DNA from: a virus
DNA: 40,347 nt
UHGV virus genome: UHGV-0039399
Direction: 5' to 3' (one strand)
Positions 1 to 7,972 of the stretch are shown piece by piece. The notes below the pieces were generated by a model, which worked only from the letters and a program-made list of their open reading frames with translations, did not search any database and was not told the DNA's origin. A program made the translations under genes and the position numbers. Numbering within the stretch: position 1 is the first letter of the stretch; the number at the start of each line of letters is the position of its first letter.

Positions 1-64
1 GCACCACAGCACTTGCACCGCCTTTTTATTGGTTTTTTAGGGTTTTGCATAAAAATCACCCCGA

Positions 65-241
65 TTATTTTTGATTTTCTGTTTCGCTCCGCCTTTCGTC
101 GCGTCCGGCCTTTAGCCAATGATCTAAACACTCGTTGCACTCGTTACATTCTCCTTTCTTCGTGTCGCACATGTTGCACATCGCACGCATGACGCTTTCT
201 CTTTCATAGTCGTCATGCCATTGGTAATAATCGAAAGACAT
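65..241 (-). CDS. small Cys-rich protein (58 aa), possible zinc-ribbon
   Basis: Manually found ORF below the 60-aa track cutoff; ATG preceded by AAAGGAGGG RBS; six Cys in CxxC-like spacing (CNMCD...CNECNEC). Confidence 0.35.
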   Translation of the reverse strand: MSFDYYQWHDDYERESVMRAMCNMCDTKKGECNECNECLDHWLKAGRDERRSETENQK

Positions 242-362
242 AGCTCACCCTCCTTTCATGTGACTTTTACGCATTTCAGCGCCACCGGATTTTTAAAGAG
301 CGTTTTATTTTGTTTGCAGTATACAAAACGGATACGTGTAAACAAGAATAAAAGCGCCATTA

Positions 363-378
363 TGTGATATAAATCACA
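363..378. promoter_or_regulatory. perfect 16-bp palindrome TGTGATATAAATCACA (TGTGA-N6-TCACA, CRP-like or operator)
   Basis: Perfect inverted repeat in the intergenic region upstream of the Cys-rich gene; matches the CRP core half-sites with canonical 6-bp spacer. Confidence 0.35.
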
Positions 379-400
379 CAATGACGCCATTTTGTAAATT

Positions 401-1189
401 TCAGTCCGGCAAAACGCGATTGAGCGTATTACGATTGATGGCCCTGTCGTTAGCAAGGAATACAGCACGGGCAAATCCGCGCGGCGTTAGTGAGCGGATC
501 ATCTTAGTGCGTTTCGACTTTCCGCCTAACTTAGCGTGCTGTTTACTGTCTTCCCATTCGTCCGGCATTGGTACAGGACGAAACAGCGGCTGTTTAAATC
601 CGTTGCCGCACCAAATACAAGTTTTCTTCGTGTATGCGTCGCGGGCCGCTATGTATTCAGGGAAAGCAGGATGTTTGTCATCTTCCGGCAGGTAGCCACC
701 GTAAGCGCACGGGTTGAAGATAAAATCAGGTTTACGCCATAGCGTTGACAGTGCGCCCACCGGATTTTCCACCATCCACGGCACGTTGTGCATATCCGCC
801 AGTTTTTCTACCAGTTTTGCGCTATTCGCCGCCTTCACCTGGAAGTCAGGATCTTTTTTCCGTTTATCAGCGAACCAGCGAGCGCCAGACACGGCGAGAT
901 CGTCGCACGGCGGAAAACCCAGGATAATATCAGGCTCCGGGTAAACTGATAATTCAGGCGAGAACATCACCAGGAAATGACTGTCAATCCATACGTTAAC
1001 ATATTCAATATTCGGATGAATGATTTTAACGCCTTCATAATCGCCGTGATTTGCGCCGTCATAGTTGAAGCAATAGCACTTATATCCCGCTTCCGCCCAG
1101 TCTTTAACGGCGTACCCGCTGCCGTCGTACAGCGACCATACAACCCAACTTCTTAGCCAGTTATTTAACCAGTGTTTAGCCTTGCTCAT
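401..1189 (-). CDS. DNA cytosine-5 methyltransferase-like protein
   Basis: 262-aa ORF; motif I-like LYDGSGY, PC-like motif GFPPC and ENV-like motif MVENPVG at spacing resembling C5-MTases. Confidence 0.5.
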   Translation of the reverse strand: MSKAKHWLNNWLRSWVVWSLYDGSGYAVKDWAEAGYKCYCFNYDGANHGDYEGVKIIHPNIEYVNVWIDSHFLVMFSPELSVYPEPDIILGFPPCDDLAVSGARWFADKRKKDPDFQVKAANSAKLVEKLADMHNVPWMVENPVGALSTLWRKPDFIFNPCAYGGYLPEDDKHPAFPEYIAARDAYTKKTCIWCGNGFKQPLFRPVPMPDEWEDSKQHAKLGGKSKRTKMIRSLTPRGFARAVFLANDRAINRNTLNRVLPD

Positions 1190-1689
1190 TTTCTGCCCTC
1201 AAACGTGAAATAGCGGCGCATGATGATAGTGATCACCGTTACCGCCGCCATTTTTGAGATGAATTGCATCGCTGATATTTCCGGCATAAACGCCATAAAC
1301 GATAGCGTGGGGAAAATTAACGCATCCCCGATGGCTGAAGCTATATTTGCAGGCCAGCGCTTCGAATCGAAATCACCAGGCAAAACCCGGTAAACACCAC
1401 CAGAAATAAGCGCACCGGAAACAACCGCGACAAATGACGCTATAGCCACCATTCCGGCATCGTAATTTATCATTACCGTGATTGCGCCAGCGGCGGCGCA
1501 TGTTGTAGCCGACCATTTCAGGCCGCCGTCATATAACAGGAAGTCGCGGATCATCATATTGACACACACAGCGGCTACCGTAGTGATAGGAATTACCCAC
1601 GGGCCGCAATGGTTAACAATCAGGTTGATGATCACGAAAACGGCGACATAAACGCAGGCCAATAACCTGTCAATTGTCACCTTTTTCAT
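1186..1689 (-). CDS. integral membrane protein (multi-TM; function unknown)
   Basis: Highly hydrophobic ORF with several predicted TM helices; start refined to the ATG (MKKVTID) with GAGGT RBS at about -10. Confidence 0.5.
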   Translation of the reverse strand: MKKVTIDRLLACVYVAVFVIINLIVNHCGPWVIPITTVAAVCVNMMIRDFLLYDGGLKWSATTCAAAGAITVMINYDAGMVAIASFVAVVSGALISGGVYRVLPGDFDSKRWPANIASAIGDALIFPTLSFMAFMPEISAMQFISKMAAVTVITIIMRRYFTFEGRK

Positions 1690-2167
1690 TTGGGTCATAC
1701 CTCTTGTCGCGGATAGCTTCAGATCTGTCAAAACTCAAATCAAGCCGAGTTGAAATACAACCACATTGAGGATTAAGCATTGAAGGTGGCAACCCCTTAC
1801 AGCTTGTTATTGCTCCGTCATTTATTATTCCGTCATTAATATTGGCGGCAGTGAACTGATTTTTCTTCAACTCCTCTTCGCGATCATTCAATATTTGCTC
1901 AGCTTTAAGCGCGTTGTAGCTGATTAGGTCAACCAAAGTGTCTTCCGGATCGCTACCATTAGCCAAAATGGCTTCCAAACGCGCCTCCTTAAGACAAATC
2001 AACATATCCCATACATCAAGCGGGGTTAAATTTGCTCCCTTCTTAGCGTTGTATATAGTGGCTATTTTTGGCGCTGATTTTTCTTGTTTTCTGTCGTATC
2101 CGTTTTGTTTACCCCTTTGCTCGATTGTTTCCGCTGCAAGTCGTAGTAAATCTGCTGCATTAGTCAT
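1670..2167 (-). CDS. hypothetical phage early protein
   Basis: ORF with AAGAGGTG RBS before the internal ATG (MTNAADLL); sits in the leftward early operon. Confidence 0.5.
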   Translation of the reverse strand: MTNAADLLRLAAETIEQRGKQNGYDRKQEKSAPKIATIYNAKKGANLTPLDVWDMLICLKEARLEAILANGSDPEDTLVDLISYNALKAEQILNDREEELKKNQFTAANINDGIINDGAITSCKGLPPSMLNPQCGCISTRLDLSFDRSEAIRDKRYDPNEKGDN

Positions 2168-2699
2168 TATCTGCACCTCTTGCATATAGCTCTTTACGTG
2201 TTATGTGAGTAAAAATGCATTCATGTTTGCACCGTGGATGCCAGATCAAAAACAAGCTGCCTTTGTTGTTTCCGCTTACTGGCTTACCCGTCGCAGCATT
2301 GATAAACGCCAGCCGCCCGCGCGTGACCAATCGGCACTCATTTGCCGTCTCAACGCCGTTCATGAACCAGCTAACAGAAATGTCAGCGGGCAACAACATC
2401 ACGCAACCGATGTGATTCCGTTGATGTTCGAGCGCAGCTTTATCAACAAATGGACCAGGATTTGAGTATGGCGGATTCATCCATACATAATCACCAGGCA
2501 TAGCCACCGCTCCCCACGGATAATGCAACGTGTCCATTTCTTCGGTTATATATCGCGGAACTAGCGCGTTTTCCTTATTTGCCGCAACATCAGCGACGAA
2601 TTCGAACTCACGATCCATTCCCTTGAAAACTGGTTTAGGCGTCTGCCACAGGTCTTTAATTTCCTTCGGCGTGTTGCTGCCTCCGAAATCATTTTTCAT
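2160..2699 (-). CDS. phage Dam-type DNA N6-adenine methyltransferase
   Basis: Small MTase with NPPY catalytic motif (YVWMNPPYS); start refined to ATG with GGGGG RBS. Confidence 0.6.
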   Translation of the reverse strand: MKNDFGGSNTPKEIKDLWQTPKPVFKGMDREFEFVADVAANKENALVPRYITEEMDTLHYPWGAVAMPGDYVWMNPPYSNPGPFVDKAALEHQRNHIGCVMLLPADISVSWFMNGVETANECRLVTRGRLAFINAATGKPVSGNNKGSLFLIWHPRCKHECIFTHITRKELYARGADND

Positions 2700-2710
2700 T
2701 ATTGCCCCCA

Positions 2711-2944
2711 CTAAAAATAATCCTGGTCAGTTCCCCATCGGTTATTGAGATACCCCACCAACCATACAAAACGCTCAATGCTGATCAGCGGGGCGACCTT
2801 GCGATAATGCTTTTCTAATATCAGCCGCGTAGCTTTATCGCTGTAGCCGTTCCTTTCTACCTCTGCTTTGCAGGCAGAAAGCGCCGCACGCGCGGCAGTT
2901 TTTACGGCGTTGAATTGCGGCTCTGACAGGTTGAATAAAGCCAT
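2711..2944 (-). CDS. hypothetical protein
   Basis: ORF translationally coupled to the upstream gene (stop-A-ATG); alternative TTG start at 3001. Confidence 0.4.
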   Translation of the reverse strand: MALFNLSEPQFNAVKTAARAALSACKAEVERNGYSDKATRLILEKHYRKVAPLISIERFVWLVGYLNNRWGTDQDYF

Positions 2945-2945
2945 T

Positions 2946-3188
2946 TTATAAATCATCAGTAGAATCAGCGAAAAAGAACCCGATAAATACGCTGGCAGCA
3001 ATAATAATCCTTAACATATAAAGCGCATCATCAGATGATGGCATCTCTGGTAGTTCCCATGTAATAAAAGACACACCGCATAAAATTCCAATAAAAACAG
3101 TTGCTATACATGAAAATACGAAAAAAGAACAGAACAACAAGCCTACGATGAAGTCAACAAATGCACGCATCATTTTAAACGTCCTCAA
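2946..3188 (-). CDS. small membrane protein
   Basis: 80-aa ORF with two hydrophobic segments. Confidence 0.5.
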   Translation of the reverse strand: MRTFKMMRAFVDFIVGLLFCSFFVFSCIATVFIGILCGVSFITWELPEMPSSDDALYMLRIIIAASVFIGFFFADSTDDL

Positions 3189-3378
3189 TCACTCCGCCTT
3201 GCACGCGCTCCTTAATGTCCCACGTATGCGGTTTACATAACTCATGGTAATAATGATCCGGCCTGCTGCCGAAATACCATTTACCTTCCATATAAAAATA
3301 AACGCCCGAAAAAATTCCGGGCGCTGCCTTTGTTGCTGATTCTGGAATTTTCCAGTCTTTGTACTGTTTAAACTTCAT
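3175..3378 (-). CDS. hypothetical protein
   Basis: 67-aa ORF in a tightly packed same-strand array. Confidence 0.45.
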   Translation of the reverse strand: MKFKQYKDWKIPESATKAAPGIFSGVYFYMEGKWYFGSRPDHYYHELCKPHTWDIKERVQGGVIEDV

Positions 3379-3559
3379 ACATTAACACCGCCTTTTTAAG
3401 TGCGCTTAATTCAAAGTGCATAAGACGAAAATGTTGTACACCACCAACAATACTGACCTGATAAATATCACCTACGCAGTTATAGTAATAACAACCAAAT
3501 TGACCGATTCCGGCTAATTTAGCGTTATCCGGTATCATGTATTCGCCAACCTTTTTCAT
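3368..3559 (-). CDS. hypothetical protein
   Basis: 63-aa ORF, overlapping-stop coupling with neighbours. Confidence 0.45.
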   Translation of the reverse strand: MKKVGEYMIPDNAKLAGIGQFGCYYYNCVGDIYQVSIVGGVQHFRLMHFELSALKKAVLMYEV

Positions 3560-3562
3560 AGA

Positions 3563-3655
3563 TCACCTCATATGGTATTCAATAAACCACCTGACAAACA
3601 GGCATAAGGCAATAAAACCCCAGCAAATGCACATGAATAGCAATGAATCGTCCAT
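3563..3655 (-). CDS. small hydrophobic peptide (30 aa)
   Basis: Manually found ORF MDDSLLFMCICWGFIALCLFVRWFIEYHMR with GAGG RBS; its stop lies 3 nt before the next start. Confidence 0.25.
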   Translation of the reverse strand: MDDSLLFMCICWGFIALCLFVRWFIEYHMR

Positions 3656-3657
3656 AG

Positions 3658-3876
3658 TTAAGCCTCGAATAATGCGTAGTCGAATTTTCCCAAATATCTT
3701 TCAAGGCTGACTATCTCAACGCCATCAGCGCACCGCTTCCATACAGACACCTGTTGTTCATTTTCCCGGAAGTGCATATTAGAAAGCACTTCATCTGCTG
3801 GATAGCTTTTCCCGGCGACGTAGGAATCATGTCCCACGCCACCTTCTACGCAATAAAGCATCAATTCGCGTGCCAT
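3658..3876 (-). CDS. hypothetical protein
   Basis: 72-aa ORF; upstream intergenic region carries promoter-like elements and the CAAAACGGAT motif. Confidence 0.5.
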   Translation of the reverse strand: MARELMLYCVEGGVGHDSYVAGKSYPADEVLSNMHFRENEQQVSVWKRCADGVEIVSLERYLGKFDYALFEA

Positions 3877-3975
3877 CTTGTTTCCCTCCGTGCTGTAAAC
3901 CTTTCGATTTCAGTTTACAAAACGGATTTGCGATCACAACACAAAACGTATAGTTATGTAATCGCAATCACAATA

Positions 3976-4596
3976 TTAATGGAGTACGCGCTTTTCAGGT
4001 TCAGGCATTGGCTGTGCCATTTTACGCGCTTCATTAAGCACGCTTATTACCGCCTGCACGCCCAAATCATTCGCACGCATGTTAATATCAACCATTTCGC
4101 CATAAAACATCGGCATGATCGCCCTTACGTCTTCTTCGTTGTGCCCTTCATCAATGCACTTCTGTAGCGCTTTGGCCTCAAATATTTTCTTCATCACGCC
4201 GCGCACAGAATACAGTGCAGCGCTTCCCATATGGTTTTCGTCCAACGGGAAGATAACAGCACTTCCGAACGCCAGAGGATCAAGATCTTCCGGCACTGGC
4301 ACGCGACCATATTCCTCTTCCATGCGTTTCACGAAAGTTAGGCAGAAGACATAACGAGCTACAGCCGTTTTCTCTTCAGCATCCAGAGACACACAGTCGC
4401 GCATCGACGCTTCCATAACAATATCAGCAACCTGCAACGCCAGGTTCAAATCTGCGTCATACGCGCCAGCATCCATATCTTTAATGACTTCGTGATAATC
4501 CTTCGTTTCAACTTCATGATAACTTGCATCTTCAGCGTAACGAGTGATTAACATTCCGTCATTGCCGAGTGAATAAGCAGTTTTGATGTCTTTCAT
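3976..4596 (-). CDS. hypothetical protein (acidic, 206 aa)
   Basis: Long ORF with plausible protein composition; no recognisable motif. Confidence 0.6.
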   Translation of the reverse strand: MKDIKTAYSLGNDGMLITRYAEDASYHEVETKDYHEVIKDMDAGAYDADLNLALQVADIVMEASMRDCVSLDAEEKTAVARYVFCLTFVKRMEEEYGRVPVPEDLDPLAFGSAVIFPLDENHMGSAALYSVRGVMKKIFEAKALQKCIDEGHNEEDVRAIMPMFYGEMVDINMRANDLGVQAVISVLNEARKMAQPMPEPEKRVLH

Positions 4597-4608
4597 GATA
4601 TTTTCCTT

Positions 4609-4941
4609 TTATAGCGGATGATGCCATCTCATTTCAGTTTCTGGATTGAACGGGTGTCCTTCACTTGAAAGGAATAAATCACGCGCCCGGTTTAGCTCTT
4701 CCTGGCTTACTTCAATTTCATCAATCTGACCGAACGATCCAGGCATCATCCGTTTCAAATCAGATAGCGGGCGCATAAGGCCACAGCCACGCAACATCAT
4801 ATCTAACGCGAACTGCCGCCGCCCTGCCGCATCATTAAAGCGCCGCGCATAAGGAACAACCACGATCCGGCGCTCGAACTCAATAAATAGCGATAGCTTG
4901 TTAGTTTCAGCGTCATACGCTTTATGGAATTTAATTCTCAT
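4609..4941 (-). CDS. hypothetical protein
   Basis: 110-aa ORF in the operon array. Confidence 0.55.
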   Translation of the reverse strand: MRIKFHKAYDAETNKLSLFIEFERRIVVVPYARRFNDAAGRRQFALDMMLRGCGLMRPLSDLKRMMPGSFGQIDEIEVSQEELNRARDLFLSSEGHPFNPETEMRWHHPL

Positions 4942-5122
4942 CTAACACCTCGATATATTGCTCAAGATGCCATTGCCCAACCTCTTCGTAATCTTCATCA
5001 AAAATTGTTACCTGTCCCCCTGGCCCAAAATGAAAAGCGGCGGCGATAAATTCATACCCCCACCATGACATTAATTTTTCTCCGCCTTTCAGGTCTTTGA
5101 CCTTCACCAATTTTATAGCCAT
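4931..5122 (-). CDS. hypothetical protein
   Basis: 63-aa ORF overlapping neighbours at both ends. Confidence 0.45.
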   Translation of the reverse strand: MAIKLVKVKDLKGGEKLMSWWGYEFIAAAFHFGPGGQVTIFDEDYEEVGQWHLEQYIEVLDEN

Positions 5123-5415
5123 ACGCCGTACATCCCATTCAGTCCGGCGAACAATTTCCGCCAGTGGTCTTCAACATAAGCCCGGAACGGCTTAACGCGA
5201 ACATTGCGGGCCTTTAGTTCAATAGCATCAAAGTAGCGCGGCTCAATGATTGTTCCATCCAGGTATTTAACGATGATTGGGCGTTCAAGGAATTGGACCG
5301 GAATCGGGTGTTCAATGCTACTATATGCCTTGTTCAGCACAACCAGGCCAGGGTCATCGCGATATGCTGGCAAAACAACAAGATCACCAGCCTTTACATC
5401 CCATGTCATCATCAC
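5113..5415 (-). CDS. hypothetical protein
   Basis: 100-aa ORF. Confidence 0.55.
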   Translation of the reverse strand: MMMTWDVKAGDLVVLPAYRDDPGLVVLNKAYSSIEHPIPVQFLERPIIVKYLDGTIIEPRYFDAIELKARNVRVKPFRAYVEDHWRKLFAGLNGMYGVWL

Positions 5416-5531
5416 AATAGCCCCCTGAAAATAAGGTTAACCAGCGCGGCAAATCCGCCACAGAACACAACCACAAACAGGAAGCAGATAATGCAAAACG
5501 CGACAGTCACAATATCCTTACCGACTTTCAT
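5412..5531 (-). CDS. small hydrophobic membrane peptide (39 aa)
   Basis: Manually found ORF MKVGKDIVTVAFCIICFLFVVVFCGGFAALVNLIFRGLL with GAGG RBS. Confidence 0.35.
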   Translation of the reverse strand: MKVGKDIVTVAFCIICFLFVVVFCGGFAALVNLIFRGLL

Positions 5532-5540
5532 GATTTGGCC

Positions 5541-5654
5541 TCACATGTTAGTAATAAGTTTAATGATCGCTACCGTGATATAAAGAGATACGCTGAGATA
5601 CACAACAGCGACAGACAAGGCCGCAATCAGTGCGGCAATTTTTGCAAGGTTCAT
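5541..5654 (-). CDS. small hydrophobic membrane peptide (37 aa)
   Basis: Manually found ORF MNLAKIAALIAALSVAVVYLSVSLYITVAIIKLITNM; GGAGGGTGG RBS; ATGA overlap with the upstream gene. Confidence 0.35.
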   Translation of the reverse strand: MNLAKIAALIAALSVAVVYLSVSLYITVAIIKLITNM

Positions 5655-5890
5655 TTGCCACCCTCCGCAATAAACTTGTTAAGCCATTTGTTATTAGCAA
5701 GGCGTTCGGCATCTTCGCCGAATGATTTACGGTCGCTAAGTTCCTGGCGAGTAGGCTGAGGCCATTTATCATGCCACCCAGCCGACGTATCGAATTCATA
5801 CATGCCGCCATCAAAATAAATAAGCTCATCACGACCGTCAGGCATTTCCTTATCAACTTCTTTTTCTTCGATCATGGTCTTATACCTCAT
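5651..5890 (-). CDS. hypothetical protein
   Basis: 79-aa ORF. Confidence 0.5.
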   Translation of the reverse strand: MRYKTMIEEKEVDKEMPDGRDELIYFDGGMYEFDTSAGWHDKWPQPTRQELSDRKSFGEDAERLANNKWLNKFIAEGGK

Positions 5891-6168
5891 TAATCGTTAA
5901 TGATCTGGCCCATACGCCCGCGATATTTGCGCATACGCGGATCGACATATTCAGGCCAATGCATATCCGGTTTTCTTTGCAGTGGGTAAAAACTTGCCTG
6001 CCAGTTGTCGAACCATATTTGCTTTGCGTACAGGTCACTAAATCTTTTTGCCATCCGTTCCGCTGCCGTGCCGCATAAAAAAAGCCCGCGATCGATTTGA
6101 TCACGGGCTTCTTTGATAACTTGCTCTTTTGTTCGCGGTGGCGGTGGCGTTTTTAAATAATCAACCAT
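5890..6168 (-). CDS. hypothetical protein
   Basis: 92-aa ORF just downstream of ssb. Confidence 0.5.
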   Translation of the reverse strand: MVDYLKTPPPPRTKEQVIKEARDQIDRGLFLCGTAAERMAKRFSDLYAKQIWFDNWQASFYPLQRKPDMHWPEYVDPRMRKYRGRMGQIIND

Positions 6169-6183
6169 CGCTAACCTATTGAT

Positions 6184-6606
6184 TTAAAAAGGAATATCTT
6201 CGTCGAAATCCATTGGCGGTTCTTTATATCCGCCGCCATTATTCTGCTGTTTTGCAGGCACTTTCTGCTGCTGTCCTTGCTGCTGTCCTTGCTGGTTGCC
6301 AGTCATAAATTCGAACTCATTTACTGCAACTTCAACCGCAGTTCCTTTCGTGCCGTCGTTCCGGTCATATTGCCGGACATCAAGGCGACCGCTTACCACG
6401 ATTTTTCCACCCTTACGAATATGTGGCGCTAATTTTTCCGCACGCTCGCCAAATACCAGGCAAGTGATCCACATAGTCCTTTTATTATCACCGTAGCCAT
6501 TCGTTACAGCTAACGGAAAACTGCCAATCGCTTTACCGTTTTGCGTGTAGCGAACTTCCATATCGTTTCCGATATTACCGCCCAGCGTGATTAAGTTTAA
6601 ACTCAT
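6184..6606 (-). CDS. ssb: single-stranded DNA-binding protein
   Basis: OB-fold-like N-terminus, Gln/Gly-rich linker and acidic C-terminal tail DFDEDIPF typical of SSB. Confidence 0.9.
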   Translation of the reverse strand: MSLNLITLGGNIGNDMEVRYTQNGKAIGSFPLAVTNGYGDNKRTMWITCLVFGERAEKLAPHIRKGGKIVVSGRLDVRQYDRNDGTKGTAVEVAVNEFEFMTGNQQGQQQGQQQKVPAKQQNNGGGYKEPPMDFDEDIPF

Positions 6607-7247
6607 TGATTATTACCCCCGTTAAGCTCATTTAAGCGCAAGTCATAAACATCTTTTGCTTTCTGTTGATGTTCTGAATCTTTAGGCAGTAGCTTCCAGC
6701 ACTTCCCGAATATCTCGCGCAACTTGTTAGCGTCCGGCGCTTTCGCTGCCGCATCACAGAAACGCGCTAACACTTCATCAGGATTTGGCGGCGCTTTCTG
6801 CTGTCGCGGCTGTTGTTTTGGCGGCGCTTTCTGCTGTCGCGGCTGTTGATTTGTCTGTTTCGCATAAGCATCAGTATCAGGATCTTTTGCGTCATCAATA
6901 CAGAACAATCCGTTCAGCGCGTATTTACGAGCGTAACTTGATGTCGCGCCAGTTAACTGGCTTGCGTCCATGCCCTTCTTGCTTTCTTCTTCCCTGGCGT
7001 AAGCCGTCACAGCAATTTCATCTTCACCGTCGCTCAGTGTAGCAGTGGCTTTCACATAATAGCGATTGCCGATCAGGATGATCTCATCGCTAACAGTCAG
7101 CGTTATATTTTGAAGTAGTGGCTTAACCGCCTCCAAAATATCCTCAGCAGATCTGTAATTGTAACCACCGAAATTATTGCGCTGATTTTTCGGCGCGTTC
7201 AACGTTTGTTGAATCGTCCACAGCTTTTTGTGTAACTCTGTTTTCAC
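6603..7247 (-). CDS. erf: Erf-family single-strand annealing recombinase
   Basis: Close match to my recollection of P22 Erf (LNAPKNQ, YRSAEDILEAVKPLL, RYYVKATAT, GATSSYARKY, IDDAKD); start refined to GTG with GAAGGAG RBS. Confidence 0.9.
   Translation of the reverse strand: MKTELHKKLWTIQQTLNAPKNQRNNFGGYNYRSAEDILEAVKPLLQNITLTVSDEIILIGNRYYVKATATLSDGEDEIAVTAYAREEESKKGMDASQLTGATSSYARKYALNGLFCIDDAKDPDTDAYAKQTNQQPRQQKAPPKQQPRQQKAPPNPDEVLARFCDAAAKAPDANKLREIFGKCWKLLPKDSEHQQKAKDVYDLRLNELNGGNNQ
6785..6850. repeat. 33-bp tandem duplication (2 copies) inside erf
   Basis: ttggcggcgctttctgctgtcgcggctgttg repeated in tandem; in-frame, encodes the QQPRQQKAPPK repeat in the Erf linker. Confidence 0.7.
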
Positions 7248-7366
7248 CCTTTGATCTCCTTCGCTGTTAACACTATGTACAAGGCTTTGTTTGCGGCGCT
7301 CCACATTTCGGCATCGTGAAGCATTTCCGCTACCGCAAGTTTGAATTGAAGCGCCTTAATAACCAT
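7244..7366 (-). CDS. small protein (40 aa) upstream of erf
   Basis: Manually found ORF with GGAGGTG RBS; its stop overlaps the erf GTG start. Confidence 0.35.
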   Translation of the reverse strand: MVIKALQFKLAVAEMLHDAEMWSAANKALYIVLTAKEIKG

Positions 7367-7396
7367 AACGTCACCTCCGATTGTTTACGATATGTA

Positions 7397-7687
7397 TTAA
7401 TGATAACGGACTCTGTCTAGCGGAATTTCACCAAGATTGCGCGGTTGCGTTGCGTGGAAGTAGTTTCCGCTTTCATTTTCCGCATACCATTTTACCGCTC
7501 CTTTGCGGCGTTCTTTTTTGCCATCCTGCTTACATCTTTCGTCGCTTGCCATTCGAATGGCTTTTTCAACGTTGTCAGTTTTGTTGATTGCAGGCGATGA
7601 TTTTCTTTCGTTTTCTCTTCTTATTCTTCTGCGTTCCCTGGCATTCAGTTTGCTTTCACATTTGCCGTACATGATTGTAACTGTCAT
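7397..7687 (-). CDS. N-like transcription antiterminator (P22 gene-24-like)
   Basis: N-terminus MTVTIMYGK...NARERRRIRR resembles P22 gp24 as I recall it, with an arginine-rich motif; first gene downstream of the putative PL/nutL; AAGGAG RBS. Confidence 0.75.
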   Translation of the reverse strand: MTVTIMYGKCESKLNARERRRIRRENERKSSPAINKTDNVEKAIRMASDERCKQDGKKERRKGAVKWYAENESGNYFHATQPRNLGEIPLDRVRYH

Positions 7688-7741
7688 AATCTGATCTCCT
7701 TATATCCTTGATGATACTTAAAAAAATCATCTTCGTTAATT

Positions 7742-7779
7742 GCCGCACTTCCAGCGGCTGACCAGATTGTTAAAGAGCA
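7742..7779 (-). promoter_or_regulatory. candidate nutL (boxA TGCTCTTTAACAA plus boxB hairpin GCCGC-TGGAAGT-GCGGC)
   Basis: On the minus strand, an exact rrn-type boxA is followed 6 nt later by a 5-bp-stem hairpin, between the putative PL and the N-like gene. Confidence 0.55.
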
Positions 7780-7821
7780 AGTAAATCTCTTTTCCCTATC
7801 TTGCTTCCTCCTTTTGCTCGC

Positions 7822-7850
7822 AATATACGCCACGTAAAAACACCAGTCAA
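7822..7850 (-). promoter_or_regulatory. candidate PL promoter (-35 TTGACT, 17-bp spacer, -10 TATATT)
   Basis: Near-consensus sigma70 hexamers on the minus strand, upstream of nutL and the N-like gene. Confidence 0.5.
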
Positions 7851-7949
7851 CACATTTTGTATACTTTTTTGTAAAATTTATAAGCCATTGATATTTAAAC
7901 AATAAACATAGCTTTCTGTTTACGTTTTGGTGTTTTTATGGCAAAGAAA

Positions 7950-7967
7950 AGCCGCCACCAGGCGGCT
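7950..7967 (-). terminator. rho-independent terminator downstream of cI
   Basis: Hairpin AGCCGCC-loop-GGCGGCT followed by a U-rich tract on the minus strand, right after the cI stop. Confidence 0.5.
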
Positions 7968-7972
7968 AATGT

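Noticed and set aside
256-474. 72-aa minus-strand ORF overlapping the 3' end of the Dcm-like gene
   Set aside because: Overlaps a better-supported gene by 74 nt, spans the palindromic regulatory site, and has poor composition.
7684-7902. 72-aa minus-strand ORF between cI and the N-like gene
   Set aside because: Overlaps the candidate PL promoter and the boxA/boxB nutL elements; AT-rich with implausible composition; more likely regulatory DNA than a gene.
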